Below, piece by piece: positions 20,657-29,684 of a DNA stretch of 64,000 bases (positions are counted from its first letter, which is position 1; each line of letters starts with the position of its first letter). The position numbers and the translations under genes were made by a program. Source of the DNA: Candidatus Margulisiibacteriota bacterium (lineage in GTDB: Bacteria; Margulisbacteria; Marinamargulisbacteria; JBFWNS01); the NCBI GenBank assembly GCA_050250935.1, contig JBFWNS010000002.1, forward strand, positions 166,433 to 230,432. Direction: 5' to 3'. The notes beneath the pieces were generated by a model. It was not told the origin of the DNA and did not search any database. It was given only the letters and a program-made list of their open reading frames with translations.

Positions 20657-20689
20657 AGTTAATCAGAACAGTGTTAAGATTGCATTAAC
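20657..20689 (-). promoter_or_regulatory. Putative Pho box upstream of pstS
   Basis: Minus strand reads GTTAATG-caat-CTTAACA (11-bp period) with a third ATTAACT off-register. Resembles TTAACA-type PhoP/SphR boxes. Confidence 0.45.
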
Positions 20690-20738
20690 TTTTGAGGAAA
20701 CCGCTATAGTTTACCCTTCCCCCCCTTTTTTTGAAACC

Positions 20739-21695
20739 CTACAAACTCAAACTCATCCCAGTCTTGAATTGAAGATCGGGGGTGATTTGAATGACATTGA
20801 CGTCCCGAAAAGCTGTCCAAGATAGAGCCGCAAACGTTTGAAGTGCTGGGGTGATGTTCCAGCGAACCCCAGGGGTGATGAACACATAGCGCCCACCTGT
20901 GTTTTCGGTCTTTTCGGTCTTGGCGCTGGCCCTATCCACAAACAGGGTTTGAACCTGAAACAAAGCCGAAAAAGACTTTACCAGTGGATATTCTGTACAC
21001 AACGCCAACAACAGCGACGAGCCTTGGCGATATCCGTCTGTCCCCACACCCGTTAATTTGGATGAGGCTGAAAAAGACAGGGGAACCTCGGCATACAACC
21101 CATCCATCATTTGCACAGTGGCCACTGGCGCACTGAACTCGGTGCCAATCAAAACGTCTGTAGACCCCGACCCAGGTTGTATGGGCGATTCGGCCACACC
21201 CGAGCTGCTGCCTTGATCGGTTTTCCCGGTGGGCAGTTTAACCCCCAAATCCAAGCGCCAGTTAAGGCCGTTTTGGGCATCGGCCTTTTTCAATTTCCAT
21301 TGGGTAACCACAGAAATATCCCCCAATCCTGTAAAATCCCAGGAATCGAAAATTTTCTCGCCATGATGATTGTGAATATGGCTATGCTGGCGGCTGACCA
21401 TGGGTGTGTCCACCCGCAACCCCAACCAATCGGTTAGGCCATATTGAACAAATACGGTAGTCATGCGGTTTAGGGTTTGAATTTCGTCGTGGTGTTCTGG
21501 AACAAATCCCACTGAAGACCGCGAGGACCCCACATACACCGCACTTTGATCGATATACTCGAAATTGACCCCGACTTGAAAGCGATTTTTTGCCATTGAA
21601 GGCCGGATATCAACAGGACAACTTAAAGATCCACAGTTGGCAAACACATACGATGCAGACACAGCCAGTGCCAGCACCACCACAATATATTTCAT
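20739..21695 (-). CDS. Exported beta-barrel 'transporter'-family protein with Cys/His metal-binding motifs
   Basis: Signal peptide followed by CGSLSC, EHHDE, HSHIHNHHGE, GLGDISV, GVKLPTG and QPGSGSTD; alternating beta-strand pattern. Confidence 0.7.
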   Translation of the reverse strand: MKYIVVVLALAVSASYVFANCGSLSCPVDIRPSMAKNRFQVGVNFEYIDQSAVYVGSSRSSVGFVPEHHDEIQTLNRMTTVFVQYGLTDWLGLRVDTPMVSRQHSHIHNHHGEKIFDSWDFTGLGDISVVTQWKLKKADAQNGLNWRLDLGVKLPTGKTDQGSSSGVAESPIQPGSGSTDVLIGTEFSAPVATVQMMDGLYAEVPLSFSASSKLTGVGTDGYRQGSSLLLALCTEYPLVKSFSALFQVQTLFVDRASAKTEKTENTGGRYVFITPGVRWNITPALQTFAALSWTAFRDVNVIQITPDLQFKTGMSLSL

Positions 21696-21739
21696 GAATG
21701 GACTACTTTCTTAAATTAAAATTAGAGATACAATACGTT

Positions 21740-22108
21740 TTAAGAAAGCAGGCTTTTCGGAGGCCTCAACAAGGCTGTAATTGCCGGCATTTTAGGCCAA
21801 AATTGAGCCTCTGGGTTTGGTTCTATAAAATCGGCAGTGGGCCCCAACACAATATCAGGTGCAGCCACCAATTCTTTGGCAAAAACGAATTTAACCAGTT
21901 TTTGTTGAACGTCGTTACAGCCTACCCCTAAGAGTTGCTCGCCATCGGCCAATGGCAGGTGATGGGACGCACAAGTACAGGCCTTCGGCGCACAACAACA
22001 CGAATTTACAGCCTGGCACACCGATTGTTTGGGCGGAGCAACCACAACAGCGGCCTGGAGCAGAAGGGTCATAACCATGAGCAACAGAAGCATCAAACAG
22101 ATTTTCAC
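21740..22108 (-). CDS. Small exported Cys-rich protein with C-terminal RPP motif (DUF2946/CutF-like uORF)
   Basis: Hydrophobic N-terminus, CQ..SCCC..ACTC.SHH cluster, terminal LLRPPKSLLS. Confidence 0.55.
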   Translation of the reverse strand: MKICLMLLLLMVMTLLLQAAVVVAPPKQSVCQAVNSCCCAPKACTCASHHLPLADGEQLLGVGCNDVQQKLVKFVFAKELVAAPDIVLGPTADFIEPNPEAQFWPKMPAITALLRPPKSLLS

Positions 22109-22112
22109 AACC

Positions 22113-23267
22113 TTATTGCCCTGCCTTCAATTGCTGCAACAGGAATTGCATTTGGTTGCGCTGAACCGTGGGCAAACGGAAAAGAAGCACGTCTGCTGGT
22201 GGGCAAGTCAGGGCCTTTTCCCAAGCAGCTTGGGCTTCCTTTTTTCGGCCTGCCATGTAGGCATACAACCCGGCTCTGGCATAAAACAATTGGCAATTTG
22301 GGCGCTGGGCCAGCGCTTGTTTAATCTTGGCCATGGCCCCGTCCGTATCCCCATCCAAATAGTTTTGCAACGAATCGCAATAAATTTGATAGACCTGCCG
22401 ATCCGCCTCAGCGCTGACAGCCATGGCCTGCACCGATTCGGGGGATAAGGTTTGCATATACAGCATGCTTAGGTCGTAATAACTGGGTTCGGCTTGAATC
22501 TCGCTGGGACGTGGTGTTGCCATGGAAAATTCTCCCCAGTCCAGGGAAATTTGTTTTAACCCTGTCAAAGCAGATTTGGACCCTGCACCATTGCCTCCCA
22601 AGGGAAATTCAAAACAAGGGGCTAAAACCAGCTCGGAGCGTTTCCAAGACACCAAATTGCTAAGTCCAACCAAGGTAGAGCCAAAATCGAGGGTGATACT
22701 GGCATTAACCTGCCCGCGAACACATTCCAAAGAAAACCGGGGCTTGTCTTTCCCCCCCATATCAAACCCGGCAAAATAGCCCATGCTGCTGTTGGGCATA
22801 TCGTTGGCAAACCCCCGAGAACCCAAGCCTGCGTGCCAGCGACCTCCCAGAAAATCGACACTGGCAACCACATAGCCGGAACAATTGTCGCCAGGGGTAG
22901 TGGACACATTGGGAATCCGAAAATGGTCGTCGCTAGACAAATTTAATAGCCCGGCACCCAAGGCCAAATTACCAGCATTGGGGTCCAGTTGGAAAACGGT
23001 GGCATGGATACTGGTCATGAAGGTCGTTGTGGTATACCAGGTGGCACTGAGCATCAGTTGCGAGGTGACGGGATACAACACGGTTAAATCGAGATTATCC
23101 ACTTGGTCGTTGGTTAAAGAAAGCGTTGGACGAAGGGTAAAATGATCGGTGGAAAACAAGGCGGCCTTGGGCATCATCATGCCACCGGAGGGCAAATAAA
23201 ACCCACTGGCCAAAACCGAAGTCGATAGCCCCATCACCATCAAAACCGCCACCCAAACCTGCTTCAT
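22113..23267 (-). CDS. Hypothetical exported protein (beta-rich N-terminus, TPR-like C-terminus)
   Basis: Signal peptide; C-terminal helical pairs (AMAKIKQALAQRP...AGRKKEAQAAWEKAL); AAGGA RBS. Confidence 0.6.
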   Translation of the reverse strand: MKQVWVAVLMVMGLSTSVLASGFYLPSGGMMMPKAALFSTDHFTLRPTLSLTNDQVDNLDLTVLYPVTSQLMLSATWYTTTTFMTSIHATVFQLDPNAGNLALGAGLLNLSSDDHFRIPNVSTTPGDNCSGYVVASVDFLGGRWHAGLGSRGFANDMPNSSMGYFAGFDMGGKDKPRFSLECVRGQVNASITLDFGSTLVGLSNLVSWKRSELVLAPCFEFPLGGNGAGSKSALTGLKQISLDWGEFSMATPRPSEIQAEPSYYDLSMLYMQTLSPESVQAMAVSAEADRQVYQIYCDSLQNYLDGDTDGAMAKIKQALAQRPNCQLFYARAGLYAYMAGRKKEAQAAWEKALTCPPADVLLFRLPTVQRNQMQFLLQQLKAGQ

Positions 23268-23341
23268 GATTCATTGTCCTTAAAGGAGTTGGATAAAACT
23301 GATCACTATGCTCCCATATTTAACCCGGATTAAACACCCCC

Positions 23342-23370
23342 TTGAGCCACCCGGATTATGGCTTTAGAAT
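23342..23370 (+). promoter_or_regulatory. Sigma70-type promoter for fabI
   Basis: TTGAGC (23342) - 17 bp - TAGAAT (23365). Confidence 0.5.
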
Positions 23371-23401
23371 GGTCGTCCTAGCTAACCAAGGAGAAACGAT
23401 T

Positions 23402-24223
23402 ATGACCCAACCCGCACTGCCGCTTATGCATGGAAAAAAAGGCATCATTTTTGGTGTCAGTAACAAGCGTGGTATTGCCCATGCCATCGCCGAGGCCCTA
23501 TTCGCCCAAGGCGCAGATATTGCCTTTACCTATGCCGGCGAAGTGATGGAAAGCCGGGTTCGCCCCATCGCCGAAGAAATGAATGCCAAACTGATTATGT
23601 CTTGCGATGTCACCAGCGACGACGACATTAAGGCTGTTTTTGAGGCCTATGGCAAAACCTATGATAGCCTCGACTTTATTATCCACGCTGTTGCCTTCGC
23701 CAATCGCGAAGATTTGGAAGGTGATTTTTCGGCGGTTACCAAAGAGGGGTGGAATTTGGCCTTGGGGGTTAGCGCCTATTCCTTGGTTGCCATCGCCAGA
23801 GAAGCCAAGCACCTGCTTAAAGAAGGTAGTTCGATTGTGACCCTAACCTATCTGGGCGGGGAACGTGCGGTCCCCAACTACAACATCATGGGTGTGGCCA
23901 AAGCGGCCTTGGAAGCCAGTGTTCGGTATTTGGCCCAAGAAATGGGTCCTGATGGCATTCGCGTCAATGCCTTGTCTGCTGGCCCCGTGAAAACCCTGGC
24001 TGCCAAGGGTATCGGTGGGTTTGATGTGTTGATGAAGGTCAATGCCAAACGGTCTCCCCTTCGACGCAACATCACCCTCGAAGAAGTGGGCAATGCTGGG
24101 TTGTATTTGGCCTCGCACTTGTCGTCTGGTGTTACTGGAGAAACCCACCATGTGGACAGTGGGTATCACGCCATTGCCACGTCCAAAGCCGATGCCTTGA
24201 TCATTGGCATTGATGCCGAGTAA
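23402..24223 (+). CDS. fabI: Enoyl-ACP reductase FabI
   Basis: GVSNKRGIA, SAYSL, YNIMGVAKAALE, SAGPVKTLAA; AAGGAG RBS. Confidence 0.96.
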   Translation: MTQPALPLMHGKKGIIFGVSNKRGIAHAIAEALFAQGADIAFTYAGEVMESRVRPIAEEMNAKLIMSCDVTSDDDIKAVFEAYGKTYDSLDFIIHAVAFANREDLEGDFSAVTKEGWNLALGVSAYSLVAIAREAKHLLKEGSSIVTLTYLGGERAVPNYNIMGVAKAALEASVRYLAQEMGPDGIRVNALSAGPVKTLAAKGIGGFDVLMKVNAKRSPLRRNITLEEVGNAGLYLASHLSSGVTGETHHVDSGYHAIATSKADALIIGIDAE

Positions 24224-25124
24224 AGAAAGCCTTTTTTCTTACGCCACCTCGGTTCTTGGATTCGACGATTGTAAATTTACCTCCCCGTTTTTAGGGGAGG
24301 AATTGGATGAATACCGTCAGTTGGTGGCCAACAAAGCCTTTGGGGATATGGGCTATTTGGAACGGCATCTGCCCTTCAAAGAAGATCCCAATTTATTGCT
24401 AGAAGGCGTTCAAACGGCCGTGGTGGTGATTAAAAACTACAAAAACACGTCCAAAACCCAATTGGATTTTCCCCTTAAAATTTCCCGTTACGCCACCTGC
24501 AAAGACTATCATGAGGTGATGGGACAGCAGCTGCAATTGCTGGCCGATTTTATAACCAAAAAGACCCCCACGGCCCGCTGTTACATCGGCGTGGACAGCC
24601 GCCCATTGGCAGAACGAAGCTTGGCCTTGAAAGCCGGCATTGGGTTTCGGGGTAAAAACACCATGGTAATCAAGCCCAAACTGGGGTCGTATTTTTTTAT
24701 TGGTGTGGTGTTAACAACGCTGGCGCTTGCACCAGACTCCCCTTTTCGCGGAACCTGCGGTACCTGTACCCGCTGCATCGATGCCTGCCCAACCCAGGCC
24801 ATCACCAAAACCGGTCAGCTGATACCCACCCAATGCATCAGCTATAAAACCATCGAGCAAAAAACCCCCATTACCCCCGACGAAGCCGAGCGCTTTAAAG
24901 GTTGGGCTTTTGGCTGCGATATTTGCCAAGAAGTTTGCCCCTTTAATCATCCCAAAACCCCTTTAACCGACTGGAACGATTTTAAACCTGAAAGCGGATT
25001 GGGCTTTGACGTTTTTAGGGATTCTGAAGTAAAAATACCCAGGTGGTCTGCCGCCTATAGATCCCGTCATCGATTGAAAGACAATGTCGCCATATTTAAA
25101 ACCAATACGTCGTTTGTGGGTTGA
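24213..25124 (+). CDS. queG: Epoxyqueuosine reductase QueG
   Basis: SRYA..DYH, ERSLA, CGTCTRCIDACPT, CISY.TIE, FGCDICQEVCPFN. Confidence 0.94.
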   Translation: MPSKESLFSYATSVLGFDDCKFTSPFLGEELDEYRQLVANKAFGDMGYLERHLPFKEDPNLLLEGVQTAVVVIKNYKNTSKTQLDFPLKISRYATCKDYHEVMGQQLQLLADFITKKTPTARCYIGVDSRPLAERSLALKAGIGFRGKNTMVIKPKLGSYFFIGVVLTTLALAPDSPFRGTCGTCTRCIDACPTQAITKTGQLIPTQCISYKTIEQKTPITPDEAERFKGWAFGCDICQEVCPFNHPKTPLTDWNDFKPESGLGFDVFRDSEVKIPRWSAAYRSRHRLKDNVAIFKTNTSFVG

Positions 25125-25962
25125 TCGGTTTTGGGCCATCCTCGCCTTGCTGCTGTTTTTTCCAACCCTGGGAATGGCAGAAGATCTGAGCATCCGAAGT
25201 GCCTTTGTCAGTACCCCGTCTAAAGTTTCGGTAAAACTAAAAGCACAACCCAAATATTTGGTTTTGGCCCAACACGACATGGAACGGGTGTTGACCGAAA
25301 ACGTTAATCACTATTTGAATTCGGCAACCCAACAAAAGAACTACACCAAATTTTCAAACGGTGCCCTGCACAGCAAAGAAATTGCCATTACCTTCGACGA
25401 TGGTCCTTATCCCGACTATACCCCGCGATTGTTGGAGATTCTTAAACAATACAAGATTAAAGCCACTTTTTTTCCGGTGGGGAAAATGGCCGAAAAATAC
25501 CCCGAATTGATTCGCATGATGGAAGCCCAAGGCCATTTGGTGGGAAACCACACCTATTCGCATCATAATTTAAACACCCTATCTGTCGAGCACGTGGCCG
25601 TTGAAATTAAAGCCTGCGGCTATGTGATTCGCGATATCTTGGGCAAAGAGCCCTATGTCTTCCGCCCTCCTGGTGGCGATTATAACGACGATGTGGTCAA
25701 AATTGCGGGGGCCTTGGGGTATGCCACCATTTTGTGGACAGACAATCCAGGCGACTACATGGGCATTCCCTCGCGTAGCATCGCCCTTCGAACCCTTTCT
25801 CGCATTACCAATGGCGGCATTATTTTGCTGCATGATGGCACCCCGGCCACCCAAGAGGCGCTTCCCGAAATCTTCAAAACCCTTCAATCCAACGGCTATC
25901 GGTTTGTGACGGTTGATGAACTTCTGAAAATTAAAAACGTGGCCTCAAAACCCAAATCCTGA
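25084..25962 (+). CDS. Exported polysaccharide/peptidoglycan deacetylase (CE4, NodB domain); start uncertain
   Basis: TFDDGP, GNHTYSH, FRPPGG, ILLHDG; N-terminal hydrophobic segment. Confidence 0.9.
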   Translation: MSPYLKPIRRLWVDRFWAILALLLFFPTLGMAEDLSIRSAFVSTPSKVSVKLKAQPKYLVLAQHDMERVLTENVNHYLNSATQQKNYTKFSNGALHSKEIAITFDDGPYPDYTPRLLEILKQYKIKATFFPVGKMAEKYPELIRMMEAQGHLVGNHTYSHHNLNTLSVEHVAVEIKACGYVIRDILGKEPYVFRPPGGDYNDDVVKIAGALGYATILWTDNPGDYMGIPSRSIALRTLSRITNGGIILLHDGTPATQEALPEIFKTLQSNGYRFVTVDELLKIKNVASKPKS

Positions 25963-25978
25963 TATCATTCTCAGCCTT

Positions 25979-27256
25979 ATGAAATACACCTTACCCCGCG
26001 GTACCAAAGACATTTTGCCAGATGAAATGAGCTTTTGGCACTATATCGAATCGACCTCTCGAAGCTTGTTCGATCTTTACAATTACCAAGAAATTCGAAC
26101 CCCAGTTTTCGAATCCACCGACCTGTTTGTGCGGGGCCTAGGAACCGACACCGACATTGTGGACAAAGAAATGTACACCTTCACCGACAAGGGCGATCGC
26201 AGCCTAACCCTTCGCCCAGAAGGCACGGCACCGATTGTTCGTGCCTATATCCAAAACGCCCTCTTTAAACAATCCAAACAACAAAAAGTGTATTATTGCG
26301 GCCCCATGTTTCGCTACGAGCGACCCCAAGCGGGGCGATACCGACAATTCCATCAAATTGGGGTCGAAAATTTGGGCAATGCCCACCCTTTTTCGGATGC
26401 CGAGGTTATTTCGCTAGGAGTTCATTTGTTCGATGAATTGGGGCTTTCTGATTTGTCGGTGAACATTAACTCGGTGGGCTGTCCGGTGTGCCGGAAAGTC
26501 ATCGAAGAACGACTTAAGCAATTTATCGGCACCTATTTGGACCATTTGTGCGGGGATTGTCAGCGTCGATTCGACACCAAGCCCTTACGGATTTTGGATT
26601 GTAAAAAAGAGACTTGCAGCCACTATTTTTCTGGCTTACCCGATATTCGCAGTTCGCTGTGCCAAGAATGTAAAGACCATTTTAATGCGGTTACCGAATA
26701 TTTAGATTCTTTGGCCATTCCCTTTAACATCAACCCCCGTTTGGTTCGTGGTTTGGACTATTACACCCGAACCACCTTCGAAATTGTCTCGGACCACCTG
26801 GGTGCCCAAAATGCCATTTGTGGCGGTGGTCGCTACGACTATCTGATCGAAACCATGGGCGCCCCCCCCACCCCAGCCGTTGGCTTTGCCTTTGGTGTCG
26901 AGCGTGCTGTGATGGTGTTGCAGCAAATGTCGGATATCATCAAATCGAGGGAAATTCAGATTTATGTGGCACCGATAGGCTTTAACCAACAAACCCGGTG
27001 TTTCTACATTATGGATTCCCTGCGCCGCGCCGGATTCCAATGCGAAATGGACCATGCCAAAGAAGATTTGTCGGCCCAATTAAAACAGGCCAACAAACTT
27101 CGCGCCCGCTATACCCTAATTTACGGCGAAACCGAGGCCGAAAAAAACACCGTCATCCTCAAAAACATGGAAACCCGAGACCAAACGGAAATTCCCATCG
27201 ACGAGCTGATTCCCTATCTCGAAGGACAGGGGCTTCAGCACACCCATCACCACTAG
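25979..27256 (+). CDS. hisS: Histidyl-tRNA synthetase
   Basis: LRPEGTA, FRYERPQAGRYRQFHQ, LVRGLDYY, GGGRYD. Confidence 0.97.
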   Translation: MKYTLPRGTKDILPDEMSFWHYIESTSRSLFDLYNYQEIRTPVFESTDLFVRGLGTDTDIVDKEMYTFTDKGDRSLTLRPEGTAPIVRAYIQNALFKQSKQQKVYYCGPMFRYERPQAGRYRQFHQIGVENLGNAHPFSDAEVISLGVHLFDELGLSDLSVNINSVGCPVCRKVIEERLKQFIGTYLDHLCGDCQRRFDTKPLRILDCKKETCSHYFSGLPDIRSSLCQECKDHFNAVTEYLDSLAIPFNINPRLVRGLDYYTRTTFEIVSDHLGAQNAICGGGRYDYLIETMGAPPTPAVGFAFGVERAVMVLQQMSDIIKSREIQIYVAPIGFNQQTRCFYIMDSLRRAGFQCEMDHAKEDLSAQLKQANKLRARYTLIYGETEAEKNTVILKNMETRDQTEIPIDELIPYLEGQGLQHTHHH

Positions 27257-27268
27257 CGGTTCTGGGGC

Positions 27269-28198
27269 TTAGTATTTCATCGAAAACGAAATGTAGTGTT
27301 GGGATTCTTGTTGGAAGGCATCGGTGGTGTCGTAGCAATATTCCACGATTACCGGTTGCAGATCCAAGCTCAGCCCGATGGTGACAGAACCCCGGGTGGT
27401 GGTGCTGGTTTTGGGGATTTCTTTGTAGCCCAAACTCAGCCCAACCAATTTCGATTCCAGGGGATAAACTTTAAGACCCATTCCAGGCATGACTCGAGCC
27501 ACTGCCGAGCTGCGTTTGAGTTGTAAATACAGGTCGCCATTCATAAGGGGGAAGCTGTTGCTTTTGTAGCCAACACCCCATTCCGAGGCCAAACCTTCTT
27601 GGGCCCCATTGCTATAAAGCACTTTGTTGCCCAATACGTTTCGTCCAAATAATTGCCAATCGCCCACTGCACTGGTGTAGCGAATCCCCACCCCAAAATC
27701 GAACCCGTTTCCGGTGAGGGTTGCCAGGGTTCGGGCATAGTCGGTTACAGAGATACCAATGTTCAAATTGTCGCGTTGATAGTTCATTCCCGCCACATAT
27801 TGGGCACTGGAATAGGCAAAGGTTCCCACCGAAATGGCTTCGTTGCTGTTGTTTGTGGCGGTTGCATCAATGCCCCCTACCCCTTCGTAGACAACACCAA
27901 ACCCAAGGGTGATATCGGCTCTGGGTTTGATACTGACGGCACCCGTCATGTACGTGGTGTCGCCACCAAAATAGGTGGTATAGAAGGTGGACAAGCTGTT
28001 GCCAGCATAAGCTAGCCCCGTGGGACTTTCAAACACTACAGCCGCCGATTTGGTAAAACCCGAAACGTTGCCAATGCCAATCATGGCTGCAGAGGTTCCA
28101 ATTTCTGAAATATCTCTGAAATACTCTGCTTGAATCGAACCAGAAAGTCCGGCCAGTACGCCAATCAGAACCAGTGCTACTTTACTTTGTTTCAACAT
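27269..28198 (-). CDS. PorV/FadL-like (UPF0164) outer-membrane beta-barrel
   Basis: Signal peptide; N-terminal IGTSAAMIGIGN...VFESPTGLA resembles the GxxARxxxMG...NPAGL motif of PorV-like barrels; terminal HYISFSMKY beta-signal. Confidence 0.65.
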   Translation of the reverse strand: MLKQSKVALVLIGVLAGLSGSIQAEYFRDISEIGTSAAMIGIGNVSGFTKSAAVVFESPTGLAYAGNSLSTFYTTYFGGDTTYMTGAVSIKPRADITLGFGVVYEGVGGIDATATNNSNEAISVGTFAYSSAQYVAGMNYQRDNLNIGISVTDYARTLATLTGNGFDFGVGIRYTSAVGDWQLFGRNVLGNKVLYSNGAQEGLASEWGVGYKSNSFPLMNGDLYLQLKRSSAVARVMPGMGLKVYPLESKLVGLSLGYKEIPKTSTTTRGSVTIGLSLDLQPVIVEYCYDTTDAFQQESQHYISFSMKY

Positions 28199-28264
28199 GG
28201 GAAAACCCTTTTTAACGTTGTGATGATGATGTGCATATACCCACTCTAAAACGACTTAAAACAT

Positions 28265-29551
28265 TTATTCTGGCAACACCGCAAATTTTCCCTTTCCCAG
28301 GACCTTGCCATTGTTCAACAGCACGTACATATAGACCCCGCTGGCCCAGCCTTCGCCAATAACGGCTTTGTTGATGACCACGCGGTTATAGCCCTGTTTT
28401 CCGCCTTCGTCCACCCCGCTTTTAAAGGTTTTTCGATAGATTTCGGTCCCCCAACTGGTGTAGACCCGCAGATCCATATCGGCCTCTTGGTTCAACCAAT
28501 AGCCAATAAAGGTTCCCGAGCTGAATTTAAAGGGATTGGGGACATTCAAGGGTCTACCGGCCGAGCCTTGAGCAGAAGCTCCTGTATCAAGGGTGACATT
28601 CAGTGTGGCCGGAGCCCCAATATGCCCCACGGTATCATAGGCAAATACGCTAAAATAGTAGGTATCATCAGGCAGGGTTGTGGCCACGGTCGCGGTCAGG
28701 CCATTCAGACTCACCCCAGTTCCTTGGGTGATGTCGATTGGAAAATCGGTGGTCGAACGCCGAACCACAATACCTTCCAAACTGAAATCTACGGGGGGAA
28801 CCCAGATCAGTTCTACGGAATTTCCAGATACAATGCTGATTAGGTTAGACACTTTGTCTGGCGCCGTGATGTCGATGGAAATATTAATGGTTGCGGGGGC
28901 CCCTATATTTCCTACCGTGTCATAGGCAAAAATGCTGTAATAATAGGTTCCATCTGGAACCGCTTCTTCCATAGTGGCGGTGGTGCCATTCAACGTAATC
29001 GATACGCCTTGGGTGGGGGTTGTCGGATAAACATCGTTGGCCCTGCGCACCACAATCCCCGAAAAATCGGGGTCCAAAGGCGGCACCCAAATCAGTTGAA
29101 CCACATTCCCCGACACAATCGAAAACAAACTAAAAACTTTGCCTGGAGCGGTTGTATCAACCGTGGCGCTTTGGGTAGCCGGTACACTGATATTTCCGGT
29201 GACATCGCTTGCAAAAATGGCATAGTAATACAACCCATCGGGAACCGAGCTCAGCGTGATGGACGTTCCAGTGATGTTTTGAGACACCACATTGCCCGAG
29301 GCGATGGTTTGGGGATAATTCGTGGTACTCACCCGAATGGTGGTGGAGGCAAAATCGTCGTCTGTAGGATTGGTCCAAGTTAAAACAACCGTGTTTCCGG
29401 AAGCCGTCGCCGTAAATTGAGTGGGTGGCCCTGGGGGCGTGGTGTCCGGTCCGGTTGCAAAAACAGACCCCATCAAACCCAAACTGAGCAGCACAGCAAA
29501 AAGACCGCTTCGCCCCCATTGTTTTAACAACAAAACAGTCCCCTTTAACAA
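28265..29551 (-). CDS. Exported protein with three Fn3-like repeats and a T9SS type-A CTD / FlgD-Ig-like C-terminal domain
   Basis: Three ~96-aa repeats (DTTAP...L.W..P...YYYSIFAYD.VGNI). C-terminus has VPNPF, VYTSWG, ASGVY and GKFAVL. Confidence 0.8.
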   Translation of the reverse strand: MLKGTVLLLKQWGRSGLFAVLLSLGLMGSVFATGPDTTPPGPPTQFTATASGNTVVLTWTNPTDDDFASTTIRVSTTNYPQTIASGNVVSQNITGTSITLSSVPDGLYYYAIFASDVTGNISVPATQSATVDTTAPGKVFSLFSIVSGNVVQLIWVPPLDPDFSGIVVRRANDVYPTTPTQGVSITLNGTTATMEEAVPDGTYYYSIFAYDTVGNIGAPATINISIDITAPDKVSNLISIVSGNSVELIWVPPVDFSLEGIVVRRSTTDFPIDITQGTGVSLNGLTATVATTLPDDTYYFSVFAYDTVGHIGAPATLNVTLDTGASAQGSAGRPLNVPNPFKFSSGTFIGYWLNQEADMDLRVYTSWGTEIYRKTFKSGVDEGGKQGYNRVVINKAVIGEGWASGVYMYVLLNNGKVLGKGKFAVLPE

Positions 29552-29684
29552 AATTGTAGGATGAAAGCTGGACGTTTATACCCGTTAAGTAGGGTTTTCA
29601 AACATCCTTGGGCAGTACGGTTTAACTGGAATTTTGACAAGCCTACTAGAAGATCGCCCTAAAAGGAAGTATAGTTTTTCCTTC

